This document shows, in pieces, positions 38,718 to 53,047 of a DNA stretch of 64,000 nucleotides. How positions within the stretch are numbered: position 1 is the first letter of the stretch; each line of letters starts with the position of its first letter. Under the pieces are notes generated by a model. That model saw only the letters and a program-made list of their open reading frames with translations, searched no databases and was not told the origin of the DNA. The DNA is from Octopus vulgaris (lineage: Eukaryota): positions 121,210,001 to 121,274,000 of the forward strand of contig OX597818.1 of assembly GCA_951406725.2 (NCBI GenBank), written 5' to 3'. A program made the translations under genes and the position numbers.

Positions 38718-39590
38718 AACCAGAAAAAAGAACAGAAATTATCTGACTGGAAAGAGAAGGCGTTGAATGGTAGATTCCCAAAGATAGTTGAAGCAAATAA
38801 TTGTAGTGAGCCATGGTTATGGTTGCAGAACGGAAAGCTGAAAAGGGAGACAGAGAGTTTGTTAGTAGCAGCACAGAATCAAGCATTTAGGACTAATTGG
38901 ATAAACGCCAAGATAGATAAAGAAACAAGTAGATTCCAAATGTAGGTTATGTAAGTCAAAAGAGAAAAGCGTTACTCATCTAGTAAATGAATGTAGCATG
39001 CTGGCGCAGAAAGAATACCAGAAAATATATGACAATCTAGGGAGAGTAATCCACTGGGAGTTATGTAGAAAGCTAAGATTTTAACATACTGATAAATGGT
39101 GTGAATATGAACCTAGTAAAGTACTAGAAAGTAAGAAATACAAGATGTTGTAGGACTTTAACATTCAGACTGACAGAGTGATAGAAGCTAGAAGGCCCGA
39201 TTTAGTAGTAGTCGATAAAGAGAATAGAAAATACCAGATAATTGACTTTACAGTCCCAAATGATGAAAAAAATCAATATGGAGAGGTCGAGAAAAAATAG
39301 CAAAATATCAGGACCAAGCTATTGAATTACAGAGATTATGGAAAGTGCGGGTAAAATGTATCCCAGTAGTTATAGGTGCATTGGGAACTATCCATAAAGA
39401 TTTGAACAGATGGCGGCTAGAGGAAATAGGCATAAAACCCAGTTTAATACAGCTCCTGAAAACAGTGTTATTAGGGACAGCTAGAATACTTATGAGGGTT
39501 CTTGGCATCTAAGGTTACTTGTTGTAGCCCCCGATGTTAGGATTTTTTCTTTTCCAACAGTCTAATCTGTTGAGTGTATATGAAAATAAT
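38718..39590 (+). mobile_element. Decayed R4/Dong-clade LINE 3' end (zinc knuckle plus restriction-like endonuclease)
   Basis: ETESLLVAAQNQA, CRLC...HLVNEC, DFNIQTDRVIEARRPDLVV, PVVIGALGTI, LLGTARIL; frameshifts; followed by (AAT)n. Confidence 0.85.
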
Positions 39591-39626
39591 AACATCAACA
39601 AGGACAACAACAACAACAACAACAAC

Positions 39627-39673
<47 letters not shown>

Positions 39674-39750
39674 TAATAATAATGATAATAATAATAATAA
39701 TAATAATGATGATGATGATGATGATAATGATGATGATAATGATGATGATG

Positions 39751-39788
<38 letters not shown>
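39585..39788. repeat. (AAC)/(AAT)/(GAT) trinucleotide microsatellite
   Basis: Directly visible. Confidence 0.95.
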
Positions 39789-39979
39789 CTTGGCACAAGG
39801 CCAGCAAGTTCAGGAGAGGTACTAAGTCGATTACATCGACTCCAGTGTTGAAATAATACTTAATTTAGCGACCCCGAAAGATCGATCTCGGCAGAATTTG
39901 AACCCAGAACGTAGTGAGGGGCGAAATACCGCTATAAGCATATCGTCCTGCGTGCAAACGTTTCTGACATCTTGTCACC

Positions 39980-40021
<42 letters not shown>

Positions 40022-40724
40022 TGTGTATGTATGTTTCATGCCACTTGACGACCGGTTCCGTAACATAGCAGTTTAGGAAAAGAAACCGATAGTTTGTTCG
40101 GCAAACTCTTTCAAGACGATACCCCAGCATGGCTGCAGTCCAGTGAATGGAACAAGTAAAAGCCAGTACTTTTCCAGGACAACATTAGCCAGTATGTTTT
40201 TCGCGTTTGATGATTCGGTTGCTATTTCTAGCAGGTCGATACTCACCCGTTGGCTCGACCGCATCTTGTACCTGAATCAGTTATAAAAATGATATCTCAG
40301 CCAGACATCGTACGCTAGATTGACAAAGAAATAAACACCAATATACATATCTTTCTGCATCACTGGCAAAGTAAAGAAACCGATTCTAACTTGAAATCAA
40401 ATCATGTCGTGTCGTCATAGCTTAGTGTTTCAATTCAGTCGTTACAAATGGATATTACATCGCCACACTCGTACAATATCGTCTTTTACCTTCTTTTACG
40501 TGTGTCAGTCATTGGGCTGCGGCGATGCTGGGGCACCTCTTTGAAGGGTTTTACTCGAACGACCCCAGTACTCATTTTTTAAAGTGTGGTATTTATTCTA
40601 TCGCTATCTTAAGCCGAACTGATATGTAAATGTGACGAAAAAAAACCAACAGAGGTTGACACACACACTCCACCCATACATATATACACACACACACACA
40701 CACACGCATGCATACACACATATA

Positions 40725-42259
40725 TATTTCTTTACTACCCACAAGGGGCTAAACACAGAGAGAACAAACAAACGGATTAAGTCGATTATATCGACCGTAG
40801 TGCGTAACTGGTACTTATTTAATCGACCCCGAAAGGATGAAAGGTAAAGTCGACCTCGGCAGAATTTGAACTCACAACGTAGCGGCAGGCAAAATACGGC
40901 TACGCATTTCGCCCGGCGTGCTAACGTCTCTGCCAGCTCGCCGCCTTATGCATACACACATATCGTGCTTCTTCAGTTCTCGTCTATCAAATTTACTCCC
41001 AAGGCATCGGTCAGCCTGGATTATTGTAGAAGGCACTTGCCCATGGTGCCGCGTAGTGGATCTGTGCCCGAAAATACGTACTTGCAAATCGAAATAGATC
41101 TTATTAACCACCTAACCAGCAAGGGCAAGCAAATTCTTGAGTTCAAACCCAATTCTAACATAATTGTCCAGAGCGCAGGAGTGGCTGTGTGGTAAGTAGC
41201 TTGCTAACCAACCATATGGTTCCGGGTTCAGTTCCACTGCGTGGCATCTTGGGCAAGTGTCTTCTTCTACAGCCCCAGGCCGACCAATGCCTTGTGAGTG
41301 GATTTGGTGGGCAGAAACTGTGAGAGGCCTGTCGTATATATGTATATATATATATATGTGTGTATTTGTGTGTCTGTGTTTGTCCCCCTAGCATTGCTTG
41401 ACAACCGATGCTGGTGTGTTTACGTCCCCGTCACCTAGCGGTTCGGCAAAAAGGGACCGATAGAATAAGTACTGGGCTTACAAAGAATAAGTCCCGGGGT
41501 CGATTTGCTCGACTAAAGGCGGTGCTCCAGCATGGCCGCAGTCAAATGACCGAAACAAGTAAAAGATAAAAGAAGATAAAGGTAATGATTGATGCTCAGC
41601 TTGTTGATCGATGCCGCTTCTCGTGTTGTTGCTTGAACCCTGGTTAAACATGAACGAGCAGATCTATAATCAAAAGCAATCCAACCGTGACTGCACCTTT
41701 AAAAATATCTATTACTGCATTTTCTAATGTGTCTTTCCATTTTTAAGACGGTGAGGTATATTTTGGAGGAAAATTTGGCAACTGATTCTGGTAGGTCTTG
41801 CGACTAAGAATAGGTGATTTTGTTGGCTAGCAATTTCATTGATGTTTTGGTTTGGTGTAAAAGTCTGAAATGAATTTGACTGCGTAAAGGACACAGAGAG
41901 CTTGTTCGAGTCACTCTCTTAGCAGTCGAGGAGAGATTTTGGGCGAAATACATTTATTTTTATTATGGAGGGGGAGTGCTAAGCAGTGATAAGTAAAGCC
42001 TCAATGTTATTATCAGTCTGAATAAAGGCGGGGTGCTGGCAGAAACGTTAGCACCCCGGGCGAAATACTTAGCGGTATTTCGTCTGCCGCTACGTTCTGA
42101 GTTCAAATTCCGCTGAGGTCGACTTTGCCTTTCATCCTTTCGGGGTCGATTAAATAAGTACCAGTTATGCACTGAGGTCGATATAATCGGCTTAATCCGT
42201 TTATCTATCCTTGTTTGTCCCCTCTGTGTGTAGCCCCTTGTGGGTAGTAAAAGAAATAA
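40725..42259. mobile_element. SINE cluster: A (-, 40725-40947), B (+, 41175-41580), A (+, 42025-42259)
   Basis: Family homology; TSD atgcatacacacatat around the first copy. Confidence 0.8.
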
Positions 42260-43603
42260 TCCGCTACAGATATATTGTATTATCTATTATATAAAATCCG
42301 TTCTGTGTGTGTGTGTGCGTGTGTGTGTGCGTGAGTGTGTGTGTGTGTCTTCTAGTATCTCCGGCATCCTTCATCCGATTGCGCTCAAATTTGATATGTA
42401 GATACCGACGGTATCAAGGCGTGTATAAGTCTTGAAAAAATTACAAAAATTGATTCCAGGTGAGAATGCGATCGATAAAGCCGTGGGAATGTGCATTTGT
42501 GCGCGCAAGTACATCAGCGTTGCGATCGATACTACATGTACGCGAGAAAAATGCACGTGCAGTTTGCGCAAAAAAACCGGCTGGCTTCAAATAATGCCAC
42601 AAAATGCAGTATATTTAAGAGACCAAAAAAGTAAGATGCAAAAGAGATATTTTCTTCAAACGTGGCATGAAGGAAGGAAAGACTATTTGGTTTCTCAAGA
42701 AGTTTTTCTTTGCCTTAACTTCGTTTAACAAAACCAAAAATTTCATTGAAATAAAGGTATGCTTAATTATTTTTTAATTATTTTTTAATGAAAAGAAAAC
42801 AATGATTGCTTTTTATTCAGCAGATATGATTCAGCACCGTCAATTGGATGGGGGGCGTTTTGCTCGTTTAACCCTATACGTCTCTAAGAGATACTATATT
42901 TGAACGAATACTACAATCAATTTGGTTTTCGGTGATATATCTGCAGTAAGTTCGATACACAGATTGCTATTTTATTCATTTTGAATTGTTTGAATTTACC
43001 TGAATCCTCTATAAATTTCAATACTGCCTTTACGTACAGATGATGAAAGTAAAGTTTCAAAGCAACGCTTGCTTGTTTTATGCTAACAAGTATTGCATTT
43101 CATGAAGTGCCAAACAGAGAAACAAGCGTGGGACCATGTAAGAAACTTACACTTGAGACTCGTATGCGTGTACTGTGTGACACTAAATAAGATGATTCAA
43201 AATCCATTGCTGTAGCAAATGGTATTAAGAAAACAGCATATAATTGGTAACACGGTGATCACGTGTATCGTTGATGTGTCTGTGACAAAGTCAAAACGCG
43301 AAAACGTAAACATAACGAGTCATTTGTTGTGTGGTTAAGCAAATAACCGCAATTAGCATTAAGGAATCTTTGCAAGCGTTCATATTCAATGTAAGGTCTA
43401 ACTGTATCGCAACAGACAATACAGCAAGTAATCTCGATGGAGGAATGATTTCATTAAAGCAGATTTCATTTACAATCAGAATAACGGTCTTTTGATTTCC
43501 AAAACAGATTATCCCCACAAACACATGAAAATTAAACTAAATAATTAATCGATAGATAAAGGCAGCGGAAATAGGGATTGAGGAAATGATTTCATTTGGA
43601 AAA

Positions 43604-44005
43604 TCTTTATATATAAAAGTGAAGTTGTGTGAGTGTCTGTCTCCTACGATCTAGATTCCTAACTACTCCCACATTTTGCGGTGCAGTTTAACCAAAACCG
43701 GGTATCTTATAGTCGTGATTCATATCGAGCCCTTCTGGGTATTAGCGCGCGTCTACGATGAGTCTACGATTAAAAAAAAAAATAAGCATCATTTTTTTCC
43801 ATTTTAATGCATTTTTTTCGCTATTATATAAGGTAAGTAACTCTCTAAAAATGTCTACGATGAGTCAACGATTTAAAAAAAAATTTACCATAATTTTTTT
43901 TCCATTTTTAATGCATTTTTTTGCTAATTTTTGGCTGTAACTCTCTAAAAATGCTTTATAGTTATTTCCCTTACAAACCCGAGCAACGCCGGGCGACACT
44001 GCTAG
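43604..44005 (+). mobile_element. Non-autonomous Helitron-like element (second subfamily)
   Basis: A|TC start, cccgagcaacgccggg hairpin, CTAG|T end. Confidence 0.75.
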
Positions 44006-44791
44006 TAATTAAATAATTTAATTTCCTACGAGAATATTTTATTTGCTTCGATTTTATTTTAATTTATATTTGAAAAAGGTGTAGTAAACTGCACCATTGA
44101 TATTAATTATAGGTAGATCGAGAGAGAGGGAGAGAGAGAGAGAGGGAGAGGGAGAGGGAGATAGAGAGATTACACGGCTGGAATACCTTTGGTTATAAAT
44201 CTTCTCGATCGGGGTTGAGCTGGGGTGAATAAAATCTGATGAAACAGATTTGATGATTACTCAAGAGCATCTTTTAAACATTTTCCCCCCACATCTTTTG
44301 AATTTGGAAGGGTTGCATCTTTGCACACAAAATGATTCCATACAACTGGTCCACGCTAGGGGTAGCTGAATTTATTAAATTTTGTTATGGCATAACTGTT
44401 ACACTTGAATGTTGCTCTAGAAGACTTCGTCAGATATTTGTGAATATTCTTTATAAATTTTTCCTCAACACATATTGGTGTAGAATTGTGATAAACTTTA
44501 AGCACTAGTCTTAAGGGAGCAGCCAAGTTTATTTCATAAATATTTAGTATTTCATTATCAAGTATTATCGAGTGGGATCCTTTGGGAGCCTTTGATATAA
44601 TCTTGACTGCACGTTCTTGTAAAGTATGAGGTTTACTTAAATTTGACTTCTTGACACTAGTACTTTGATTCCTCATGTCGTCAATTCCATATCAACAGAG
44701 AGACAACCGATGTAAACATCAAGTTGCGATGTCTTCCTCTCTCAGAAAGTTGATATTACTCTCCTTCAAAAAAATTTCAAGAAGTCTAGAC

Positions 44792-45205
44792 GTAGGAGTG
44801 GCTGTGTGGTAAGTAGCTTGCTTGCGAACCACATGGTTCCGGGTTCAGTCCCACTGCGTGGCACCTTAGGCAAGTGTCTTCTACTATAGCCTCGGGCCGA
44901 CCAAAGCCTTGTGGGTGGATTCGGTTGTGGGAAACTGAAAGAAGCCCGTCGTATATATGTATATGTGTGTGTGTGTGTATGTGTGTGTGTGTATATGTTT
45001 GTGTGTCTGTGTTTGTCCCCCACCCAACATCACTTGACAACCGATGCTGGTGTGTTTACGTCCCCGTAACTTAGCGGTTCGGCAAAAGAGACCGATAGAA
45101 TAAGTGCTAGGCTTACAAAGAATAAGTCCTGGGGTCGATTTGCTCGACTGAAGGCGGTGCTTCAGCATGACCACAGACTGAAACAAGTAAAGGAGTAAAG
45201 GAGTA
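44792..45205 (+). mobile_element. SINE family B
   Basis: Full-length copy. Confidence 0.85.
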
Positions 45206-45249
45206 AGTCTCTGCGCTACTTGTTTATTTCCTTTATAATCTCCAACCAT

Positions 45250-46430
45250 GCGTTGTCCATGGTGTGGATGAGATGTGAGTCAGATATATATTTGATATAC
45301 TATCTCACTTGACATCCATATTGTATGGATTCAATGCTGTTGGTGTGAGTTCAGTGGACGAGCTCTATGCACATAATTCTATCTCTCCAGGTGATACAAA
45401 GGCTTTTTGGAAACACTAGGTGTTAAAGACTCCAGAATTTTAATGTGCCAATTGTTTGTGGTCGAGGTCTCACATTCATAGACGAAAGTAAAATCATGGA
45501 CTATCCAATAGAGAATCTTCTCGTGATCACTGTCAAGGCTGTTTAGAAAGATTATCTGAGCCTGCCAACGAATATAGAAGCCTGTTTAATGTGGCTTAAA
45601 ATCTTCCCATTGAAGACAGATGGTGAGTACGTCTATAGTACCTGACCCCAGCAATAAAAATGGAATTTCTCCGCACCCCAGAACTTTCATAGAGATAGGC
45701 GCTTGAGCTTAATGATTGGTTTATTGTTATTCAAAGACCTGTTCTGTTATGAGCTTGTTAGTGCCTTGCTGTCTTCTGTTATTGAGAGCGGTTCTTGTCC
45801 ACCATCCAATCGGACACTGATTTCTGCCAGCCTTTGCTCCTTTCTGCGTAACTAGTCATGCAGATAAGGAAGATATTCAATATTACAGCAGACAACAGGA
45901 GCAGTCTTATATACAAGGACATTCTCTCTGTATGGAAATAACGGAGAAAATTCACGAATTTTGGTGAGCAACCAAACTTATTGAGAACAACTCAGAAATT
46001 CGTTGTTTATCGTGTCAAAAGTCTTAGACAGGTTCACAAAAGCAAGGAACAGATCCTGGTGTTGTTTCCTGTATTTCTCTTCATGCTTGTGACGAATGTC
46101 ACATCGACTGCCTCGGCCTCTGCGATAGCTGCACCATAAATACTGTAACATTTTCTAAATATTGATTGGACCAGCCTTTTTACCATAGTCTTTATCAGAA
46201 CATTTCCAGCAATGAGCGGGGTTGCTGCACCCTAAATATTGAAGAAAACAGATTCGTCTCTTTTTTATATAGGCAGTGACGATGTTATCAACCTTTCACT
46301 GTTGAGGATTATACACCTAGTTCCATAATTCTGTGTAGGTGTAAACACCCTCTTCTAAAATCTCTACAGAAATTATGTCCATCCCAGGAGATTTTTTGCA
46401 CACAGTAACATTCATATTTGTAAATGTCTG
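45250..46430 (-). pseudogene. Heavily decayed RTE LINE RT
   Basis: EKYRKQHQDLFLAFVNLSKTFDTIN and KFGCSP remnants; KKSPGMDIISVEIL. Confidence 0.6.
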
Positions 46431-46699
46431 TGTGGGTGCCTTTGCACATAGCCGTGTATGTAAAAATAAATTTGAATCTTCTGGTATGTATGAATGGATG
46501 GATGAACTTTGATACAATCCTTTCTTTTAGAATGTTTTGATTTAACGTTTGCTAAGATGATCGAATTTACAAGAGTTAACATGAACTTCTATTTTGTGTG
46601 TGTCGATGCGCTTTTATAGAAATATATGACTAAGTATGTATGTACAAATTGATAAGTACATCTGTACGTTTGTATTCGTACAGCTATTATGTATTATAA

Positions 46700-47000
46700 C
46701 ATTTAAACATTTGTCTTCAATATATAAACTATCTTGTTGGCAAAAAATGGGTTGTTTATAAATTTTATCTCAGCACATTTAAATGGAAACGCATTTTAAA
46801 AATTCCTTCAGACGTAAAAGATACCTCCATCTTGTTCAGAAGCTTATCTGCTGCTTTTCTACATTTCTTTCTTCAAATGTGAATTTGATATTTAGATGTT
46901 ATCTTCATCAACATTTTAATCATTCTTGAGCTTTTTCCGTGTCAAGTGTAACAGATAAACTATGATCCGTAGTCGGCATTCTAATCCTTGATAACTAATA
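46700..47000 (-). pseudogene. Possible decayed Penelope-like RT fragment
   Basis: ...EKAQE*L...HLNIKFTFEE..EKQQISF...KIYKQP resembles PLE HPNIKFTxE..LPFLD..VYRKPT. Confidence 0.4.
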
Positions 47001-49539
47001 TTCGAATGATCTACAGATGGCAGAAGAAACCTGCGTAAAGTCTAAATCTTCTCATGTTTCTAAATCCAGTTTACTGTACTATTTACGGGCATCAAGTTAT
47101 CAAGTATTTTGTGCTGCTATTTAATCATTTCTGTCTGTATTTTGCCTTTTTTTTTTTATTCTTTTCTCTAAACTTTGTTTGCCTCATTCAACGATCTTAA
47201 CAAGCGCCTTTGAAGAAAGCGACTGTCTCTTTGTATTTAAAGACGTTTTGTTGTTAAATGTCATATGTAGATATTGTAATTGTCTACTTATACTTAACAT
47301 TGTTATTATAAGAACATAAAGGGCCTGGATGACTTAGAGGTTTCGGGGTGAGTACCGAGCGACATTAGAACCAACTATAAGCTAAAGAATGATGAGTCAA
47401 TGACTCATAAATGTTGTACTTCTCTTGTATGTTTGGTTAGGTTTGCATCATGAATAAACAAGGACTTCTGGAAGGTCATTCTAATGTTTCTACTTTGATA
47501 AAGAACGATTTCAGCTAGATATCTAGGCTGTCCCAAAAACTAACGCCCGATTTCTAGCTAAATGTGCATTCAATATTATACTCAAATTGTGAGTTACTTT
47601 TGGGACGTCCAGTAGTATGTGAATAAAATATTTCTGCTGCGGTTGCCGTTGCAATAGGTAATGCCAGATTAGATCGTCAGTTTTGATAAGATTTTATTGT
47701 TTAGCCTCGGCTCAGCCCCGATCGAGTAGACTTATAATCAAAGGTGTTCCAGCCATGACTATCTCGTCTTCTTTCAGCCAAAGATTATGTAAGAGTATTT
47801 CTTTTTTTAAGAAGGTTAGTATGTAATTTCTTGCAAGTCAAGAGGCAGATTTCAGTAGACATATGACTTCTTATTGAGAAAAAATTTAAGTTTGCCTAGG
47901 CATATTAATCTTCGCCTTAATTCTCATGACAACAGAAAGAAAGAAATCAAATGTAAATTCAGTCCATCTAGCCGTTGTTTAGCCCCAAGTGACCTCTGAA
48001 AAAGTTAGCCTGCATTCGATTTCTTTTTAGTATTGAATCTAGTACCACATCTAAAGTGTCCTTTCTTCTCTTGAAAGTATGGTATTTGATGGATATTTAG
48101 CTGTTATTTCAATCCGGTCGAAGGACTATAGAGCTTCTTTCGTTGAAACACACACGCTCTCTTTCTCTCAATCGACCTATAATTAATATGAATGGTGCAG
48201 TTTGCTACTCCTTTTTCAAATATAAATTAAAATAAAATCGAAGTAAATAAAAATATTCTCGTTGGAAATTAATTTATTTTCCAAATGAAATCATTTCCTC
48301 AATCCATGTTTCCGATGCCTTTATCTCACGAATAATAATTTAGTTTAATCTTCATGAGTTTGTGGGGATAATCTACTTTGGAAAACCAAAAGACCGTTAT
48401 TCTGACTGTAAATGAACTTGCTATTTTTAGCAACATTAAAACGTTTTAAAATTTGTAAATAAAATTTTTTAAATGACATTGCGTAAGTGCTCCTCTTACA
48501 GACCGTGATGAAAACAGACGATACATTTTTGCAAAAATCCTTCTCAATAATCCTTCTCCAGCCTGAATAGTGCCTTCTCAATAATGAAAAAAAAACTTCA
48601 TTCCATTCCCATGAACTTTTAATTGTCTTCTTTGTGCGTCACACTTTTTTTAATGTAACTTTTTATTATTTTAATTTGATATACAGCCAGTGAAATAAAA
48701 AAAAGAAGTAAAAAAAAAGGTACTCAGGACTAACAGCAGAAAGGAGGTAAGAGGCCTGCGCCTATTGTTGATATCGCTTTCCAGAATATCTGCAGTTATT
48801 ATCAGATCTTTAAGGAAATTCAATACGGTATCTATAAAGCTATTTGCACTTTAAAACAAACAAGGATTTTAATAGAAATACCATCTTAAATTATTTATGG
48901 ATTATACAGGAGATGGGGCTGAGGACATGAGCTTCGCTGGCCCTCAATGACTGGTGACCTATATGGCTTTAACACTTTGTCAACTACAGGAGTTAGCGGT
49001 GACTATTAACGTTGATATTTTTTTATGGATAACAGTGGTTCAAAAAACATTATTCGAATTTTATGAACTGTACAGAACTCAAATATCATGAGGGCGTAAA
49101 TCACCGTTGTTATCATCATTGTAGTTCTGCCTTCCATAGAATATTTTCTGTGGAAATGGAAGCCATTTAAGCTTGTATAATACGAAATACAATCTGTAGA
49201 AAAACCATAAATAAATAAAAAAGAAATATATAAATGGCGGTATAATAGACATTTGAACACTTTTTAACTTGTATTATCGTGAACTTCCGCAGTATAGAAT
49301 GAATAATAATATTTGTTCTATACCGCGGGAGTCACCGATGATACTTATGCTGTAAAACAATGTTTTTTAAAAATGCATAATTTATAATAAAATTAGATGG
49401 CTGGTGCAAAAGAAAATATGGCACAAAATGGACTGCTGGGTACACAAAATGATAATATTCATCTGTAATTCAATGTCTCTGGAAATTTGTAGGTAGGAGG
49501 GGATTGTTTAAGGTTAATTTTTGTGGAGCAAATAATTTT

Positions 49540-49945
49540 CTTTTTTCTTTATAGCCCACAAGGACTAAACATAGAGGGGACAAACAAGGACATACATTGG
49601 TATTAAGTCGATTACATCGACCCCAGTGCGTAACTGGTACTTAATTTATCGACCCCGAAAGGATGAAAGGCAAAGTCGACCTCGGCGGAATTTGAACTCA
49701 GAACGTAACGGCAGACGAAATACCTATTTCTTTACTACCCACAAGGGGCTAAACACAGAAGGGACAAACAAGGACAGACAAACGGATTAAGTCGATTATA
49801 TCGACCCCAGTGCGTAACTGGTACTTATTTAATCTACACCGAAAGGATGAAAGGCAAAGTCGACCTCGGCGGAATTTGAACTCAGAACGTAGCGGCAGAC
49901 GAAATACCTATTTCTTTATTACCCACAAGGGGCTAAGCATAGGGG
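49540..49945 (-). mobile_element. SINE A multimer (headless, 2+ units)
   Basis: Junction cagacgaaatacctatttcttta occurs twice. Confidence 0.8.
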
Positions 49946-50031
49946 CTACATAAATGTTAAGGATTGCGATGCAATCAATTCATTTACTGTATTATATGGG
50001 CAAAGGTAAAATGTTTTACCACAAATTCATA

Positions 50032-52092
50032 ATGCAAGATAAGAAAATGGAGAAATACATCTAAATTAAATATCAATTACCAGATAATACTCAATCACAT
50101 ACTTTATTAAACCACCACATAAGAAACTATAGGGTTAAACATAAAAAAGTAGAGCAAAACTGTACATAAAGGAGTATACATAAAAAAGTGTACATAAAAT
50201 GTAATGTTATACAATAAGTAGATTATATATAAGAGAATATAAATATAAGTAAATATAAATATAAATATAGAATACATCTTACAGCTGTTTCGGCCATGTA
50301 GATAAGTATGTTTCATTTTACTCATATTAGCCTTTTATGGTAGGTCAATATGTAGTTATAAATGAGACATTTACAAAAATATCATAAGGCCTCTTCGGAG
50401 ATTATGTGATATAAATCAGTCTATATATATATACCTATATGGGTGCGGGTACATACCCATAATACATCATATACATATACATATGAGTGCATATACTCAC
50501 ACTCTTATACATATAAATACATACATATACATAATGATATAAATAATATAAATTAGTAAACATACATATGTTCCACATTCAATGTTACAGTTTTTCAACT
50601 TAATATTGTGATAATAAACATACACATATTAATACTGTGAGTCAATAGTACATTATATTAATTCCTACTAATTTCTAAAGTGTCATTAAAGTTAGCATCA
50701 TTATCATTGTCAATACCATTAATGCTACCAATATCATCATTCATATTATTATTAATAACGCTAATACTAGAAAAACAATTTATAGATTCCATTATTAGCA
50801 ATATAGTCACAATAGTACTACAATACCATGTAAAGTGTTAAATATCCGCATACACATACGAAGTATGAAGTACAAGCATTCTGTTTACACTACGCAAGGA
50901 TCCATAGTTGCACATATGTACGTCCGAGTTCAAGTTTGTAATGTTCCTTATGACATAAATACCACATTGGATTTGAATTTAAATTATCATTGTCTTCCTT
51001 ACGGTTGGTCTGCCGAGAGTCGCCAAACCTCCACCACACCGCACAAGAAAAACATACACATACACATCCAACCCTGAATCCACACATCCATACAAAAACT
51101 CACACACTCATGCACACACACATGAATACTCCCCGACACATCCACACATATTACTAAATTACAAAATATATGTCTGTCATCGCGTGGCTTATAGATAAAT
51201 CAGTGCAGGCATGGGAAGCTATAGCAGCGTCCATACATTCACACACACACTCACACGCACATCCGCACATACCCATAAACATTAATACACTCTCATATAC
51301 TGTGTCCGAGAACATTCGCACATACACATATACATACTTAAATATATATCTGCGCACTCACACGTATAAGAAAAACCTATACTTATATCCACCCATGAAT
51401 AAATATTCGCATATACATATACACATATCTAAATACGCACCTGCGTACTCATATGTACAAGAAAAACATACACCCGTATATCCACCCATGAACATACATA
51501 TACATACAAAAACATACATACACATACATACATATATGCACACACCTCGACACCTCCACCCATATTCACTAAATCACAAAATATATGTCTTCCCATCAAA
51601 GACGTATATATACATACGCAGTATATGTATATATTTATATGTAATAGTGTGAGTATATGCACTCATATGTATATGTATATGATGTATTATGGGTATGTAC
51701 CCGCACCCATGTAGGTATATATATAGACTGATTTATATCACATAATTTCCGAAGAGGCCTTATGATATTTTTGTAAATGTCTCATTTATAACTACATATT
51801 GACCTACCATAAAAGGCTAATATGAGTAAAATGAGACATACTTATCTACATGGCCGAAATAGCTGTAAGATGTAATCTATACTTATATTTATATTCTCTT
51901 TTTTATATATATTCTACTTATTATACAACATTACTCTTTTATGTACACTTTTTTATGTACACTGTTTTGCTCTACTTTTTTATGTTTAACCCTATAGTTT
52001 CTTATGTGGTGGTTTAATAAAGTATGTGATTGAGTATTATCTGGTAATTGATATTTGATTTAGATGTATTTCTCCATTTTCTTATTTTGTAT
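50032..52092. mobile_element. Large foldback (arms ~50032-50530 and ~51621-52092), Penelope-like, each arm with a hammerhead motif
   Basis: ~480 bp inverted arms; hammerhead cores at 50276-50402 (-) and 51745-51871 (+). Confidence 0.7.
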
Positions 52093-52547
52093 ATATATAT
52101 ATATGAATCTGGTTGATAGTTTCCGTCTACCAAATTCATTCACAAGACTTTTGTAGTTCCGGGACTAAAGAAGCAACTTGTCCAAGATGCCGCACTTTGA
52201 GACTGAACTCCAAACCTCGTGGATGCAAAGCGAGTTTCTTAACCACACAGACATGCTCGCGCTATGAATAAAAATTTAATGACCCAAAGATAGTAACTAG
52301 GTTTCGATTCTGGTGTAAAGCTAAATCATTTCATATATGAATGAGGATATAGAAATTATGAATTGGGAAAACTGAACCGAGATTAACTGCCTGGAATGGC
52401 ATTTTTAACAAGTATTTGGTACTACATTAAGGTAACAAGAAACTAAAATAATTCATTAGCTTTAACCTTTTGCCTGTCCTGTGCATCACTTGATACACTG
52501 GATATATTTCCTTGGGGTTCATATATCATATATAAATATAAATAAAT

Positions 52548-53047
52548 GCACCCTTTTAAAGCCTAGCCAGGCTCATGGGCCCGGTTTCCCGGTTTCAACG
52601 GCGTATGTGTTCCCCAGCTGGACGGGACGCCAGTCCATCGCAGCGTTACTGATTTTTGCCAGCTGTGTGGACGGGAGCAACGTGAAATGAAGTGTTTTGC
52701 TCAAGAACACAACGCGTCTCCCGGTCCAGGAATCGAAACCACAATCTTATGATCATGATGGTGACAGCCTAACCACTAAGCCACGCGCCTCCACTAAATG
52801 TTCCTTCTCGAGCCATGCCATGCCCATAAGGGCCGCTTTCCCGGTTTCAGTGGCGTAGAAATTCCCAACCTGGACGGGACACCGGTCCGTCGCATGATTA
52901 CTCATTTTTGCCTGCTGAGTGGACTGGAGCAACGTGAAATGGAGTGTTTTGCTCAAGAACACAACTCGTCGCCCGGTCCAGGAATCGAAGCCACAACCTA
53001 ATGATCATGATGCTGACACCCTAATCACGAAGCCACGTGCCTCCACT
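52548..53047 (-). mobile_element. Two tandem SINE D copies
   Basis: Both end ccacg(c/t)gcctccact (the tRNA-like head on the - strand). Confidence 0.8.

Noticed and set aside
44356-44676. 106-aa ORF on the - strand
   Set aside because: At most a weak LINE C-terminal remnant (LQERAVKII); not supportable as a gene.
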